Shown here: piece after piece, positions 62,061-64,000 of the stretch
How the letters are laid out: every line of letters begins with the position of its first letter
How positions within the stretch are numbered: the stretch's first letter is position 1
Source: Syntrophales bacterium
Lineage (GTDB): Bacteria > Desulfobacterota > Syntrophia > Syntrophales > UBA2210
Length of the DNA: 64,000 nucleotides
Assembly (NCBI GenBank): GCA_963662405.2
Contig: CAXXKT010000001.1
Location: forward strand, 640,001-704,000
Direction of reading: 5' to 3'
The notes under the pieces: model-generated
Databases searched by the model: none
The model's input: the letters and a program-made list of their open reading frames with translations, nothing else
What the model was told of the DNA's origin: nothing
Position numbers and translations under genes: made by a program

Positions 62061-62336
62061 CTAGCTGACGATGCCCTTGAGCGCACCCACGACCGGGGCC
62101 GTGAAGAGGGCCACCAGGACGGCGTAGAGCGCGAAGGAGCCGACCGCCTCGCTGAGATACAGTTTCGTGTATTTGTGTTTGAGCGAGGTGATGATCATCC
62201 CGCCGACGATGAGGCATCCGAGATGGAAATAGGGGAAACCCGCCGCGTTGGTTGCGGTATACTCGGCATAGCCGAAGGAAGCGGTGACGAGCACCACGAA
62301 GGCCGCCATGATGATTGTCTGCACTGTCCGTTTCAT
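62061..62336 (-). CDS. Small hypothetical membrane protein with signal peptide
   Basis: RBS GGAGG, signal-like N-terminus, two further hydrophobic helices. Confidence 0.7.
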   Translation of the reverse strand: MKRTVQTIIMAAFVVLVTASFGYAEYTATNAAGFPYFHLGCLIVGGMIITSLKHKYTKLYLSEAVGSFALYAVLVALFTAPVVGALKGIVS

Positions 62337-62795
62337 GATTATATCCTCCTTTTGGTAGTCCCTTTTGTTTGTTTCTTTTGCCTTCTGGTAACGAAAGAAG
62401 CGTGCCATACAGGGGATTCGGGGAAAAGTAGTTGCAACCAGCTGAATGAAGGATGGTTTCTGAGATGATCATCTGGGAGGAAGCGGGCGAATCCGGGCGC
62501 TGAAAGCCCGGATCTTTAAAGAAACGTCCAATCTGATTCCATGAAATGTTCAGAAAAAAGATCAGAGAAACGAAAAAATCCTCAGCAACAGATATTTTAT
62601 TGAAAAATATCAGCTTCAAATAAATATGGAGGGTATGGGGTCGAGTGCTTTCCGGGGATACGTGCACCATCGGTTCGCATATGACGGAAGAGGAAGTGTC
62701 TTTCGATGGTAAAGAGACCGTTGTCAAAGACGACCTACACCGTCGCATACCGTTCCACCGTAGCAGGCGCGAGATGGCCTTCTCGTGGGATATGG

Positions 62796-63209
62796 TTATG
62801 CCGAGATAAAGAAGGAGATATATGCGTATCCGGATATCTGAATATGCCGCAGGTCCATAACGGTGTTTTGCAGGACGAGGGGCCCCAGTTTTGACATTTC
62901 ATCAATACCGGCATCAAGGGAGCGCGGCGGTCGCACGATCTGGTCGATGTCTTCGATCGCCGCCCCGCTGATCAGTTCCACAAACAGCACATCTTCGTCA
63001 CGGTTGATCTTTAATATAATCTCACCCTCTCTGTGCTCATGCGAAATCATGTGGAGGAAGGCCTCTTCGCAGGCCAGTTGCAGCTTGATATATTCTCTGT
63101 CGGTGAGTTTGAGTTTTTTAACGCTTCCCTCCAGCGCTTTCATCAGTTCGGTCAGGCCCGCCATATCCGCCGGGACGGAAAAGGACCCGCCGGGGTTTTG
63201 GCATGACAT
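62796..63209 (-). CDS. HATPase_c (anti-sigma factor RsbW-like) domain, probably the frameshifted C-terminus of the upstream permease
   Basis: LQLACEEAFLH N-box-like motif and a degenerate KLGPLVL G-box. Overlaps the permease ORF by 92 nt. Confidence 0.6.
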   Translation of the reverse strand: MSCQNPGGSFSVPADMAGLTELMKALEGSVKKLKLTDREYIKLQLACEEAFLHMISHEHREGEIILKINRDEDVLFVELISGAAIEDIDQIVRPPRSLDAGIDEMSKLGPLVLQNTVMDLRHIQISGYAYISFFISA

Positions 63210-64000
63210 GGATCAGCGTGTTGAGGAAAAAGGCGCTGAACCCGCCGACCGCCACACCGTTCTCCAGCAGCGGTTTCATGTAAACTGGCATCAGATCGGG
63301 GAAAAATTGGCCGGAGTCCGCGACCAGACCGGCGCACAGGGAAAATCCCATGATGAGCCCCTTCTGAAACGTCATCCCGGAGGATTGAACCAGGGAGATC
63401 CCGGCGTAAAAGAGCATGGCGGCAATCACCACCAGCACGCCACCCACCACGGGAGGGGGCATGTCCAGTATGAGTCCGCCGATCTTGGGTATGAAGGCAG
63501 CGCACAGGAGTATCGCCGCCCCGCATATGCCGATGCGCCGCGAGGAGACCCCGGTCATCTCTATGAGCGGAATATTGTCGCAGTATGTGGCGTTGGGGGT
63601 TGTCCCCGCCACCCCTGCCAACAGCTTCACCAGCCCGTCGCAGAACAGTCCCCCCTGGACACGGTCGTATCTGACCTTGTGGAAATCACGCTCAGAAACC
63701 TTCTGCACCAGCATGATGTTTCCCGTCCCCTCGATGGCGCTGACCAGGGCGACCATGAGAAAGGCGGCGGCAAGGGGGAGGTGCTTTATGTCCAGATCCA
63801 CGGCAATCCCGGACCAGTGGCCCTGGGGCATGCCAAACAGGGGCGCACTGTGAAAGTGGGTCAGTTCCAGGAGCCCGAAGCTCCACGCGGTAAGATACCC
63901 AACCCCCATGCCAATGATCGGGGTCCAGAGCCTGATGACTCTGTTCCCGGTGATCATCAGGACCATCAAGGCGACGATGGTGACGGTGCCGGTCAAATAG
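63118..64000 (-). CDS. Xanthine/uracil permease (NCS2/SLC23 family), 5'-truncated by the window edge
   Basis: SAIEGTG, GGLFCDGL, TTPNATY..N...IEMTGVSSR and MPPPVVGG motifs. Confidence 0.85.
   Translation of the reverse strand, partial: YLTGTVTIVALMVLMITGNRVIRLWTPIIGMGVGYLTAWSFGLLELTHFHSAPLFGMPQGHWSGIAVDLDIKHLPLAAAFLMVALVSAIEGTGNIMLVQKVSERDFHKVRYDRVQGGLFCDGLVKLLAGVAGTTPNATYCDNIPLIEMTGVSSRRIGICGAAILLCAAFIPKIGGLILDMPPPVVGGVLVVIAAMLFYAGISLVQSSGMTFQKGLIMGFSLCAGLVADSGQFFPDLMPVYMKPLLENGVAVGGFSAFFLNTLIHVMPKPRRVLFRPGGYGGPDRTDESAGGKR

Noticed and set aside
62390..62407. sigma54-like TGGCACGCTTCTTTC upstream of the small membrane protein
   Set aside because: The -12 element reads TC instead of GC, which is too weak to call.
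62026..62748. Long N-terminal extension of the 327-aa ORF
   Set aside because: It overlaps the small membrane protein gene in another frame. Only the last 86 aa, after an AGGAGG RBS, look like a protein.
1..64000. CRISPR arrays, tRNA/rRNA genes, transposases, integrases
   Set aside because: I saw no spaced direct-repeat array, cloverleaf, rRNA-like segment or recombinase motif by eye. tRNAscan and Infernal were not run.

Overview
The window looks like chromosomal DNA from an anaerobic, fatty-acid-degrading Deltaproteobacterium (Desulfobacterota/Syntrophales-like; this is inferred from gene content only). It holds about 50 CDS and I see no rRNA, tRNA, CRISPR array or transposase. (1) 0.7-8.5 kb: a putative TetR regulon with two orphan LivJ-type binding proteins, an SDR and an amine-dehydrogenase-like enzyme. 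Their sigma70 promoters share an AAAACAWTGTTTT operator. (2) 10-31 kb: housekeeping genes (DinG, ACAD, RlmD, TraB, rhomboid, ThyX, nadD, proA, lolA, ilvE, comM), a DnaA-box-like cluster, and a selenoprotein missed by the ORF track (in-frame UGA plus SECIS-like hairpin). (3) 31.7-36.7 kb: TetR plus a fused PlsA/Ger-type ether-lipid synthase candidate. (4) 37.7-51.5 kb is the best candidate for an undescribed system. A two-component pair and divergent sigma54 promoters precede an operon with two membrane-tethered or exported tandem Lrp/AsnC-fold proteins, a radical SAM enzyme, an atypical ACP with its own AcpS, Pta, an acetate kinase carrying the signatures of the PPi-dependent Entamoeba enzyme, and a catalytically degenerate acetate-kinase paralogue. 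(5) 52.6-53.5 kb: an integron-type gene cassette (DUF2971 plus attC) with no integrase nearby. (6) 54-64 kb: beta-oxidation genes, PilZ, an orphan atpZ-like gene and a frameshifted NCS2 permease-HATPase fusion. All family calls come from recognising motifs by eye; no database search was run.
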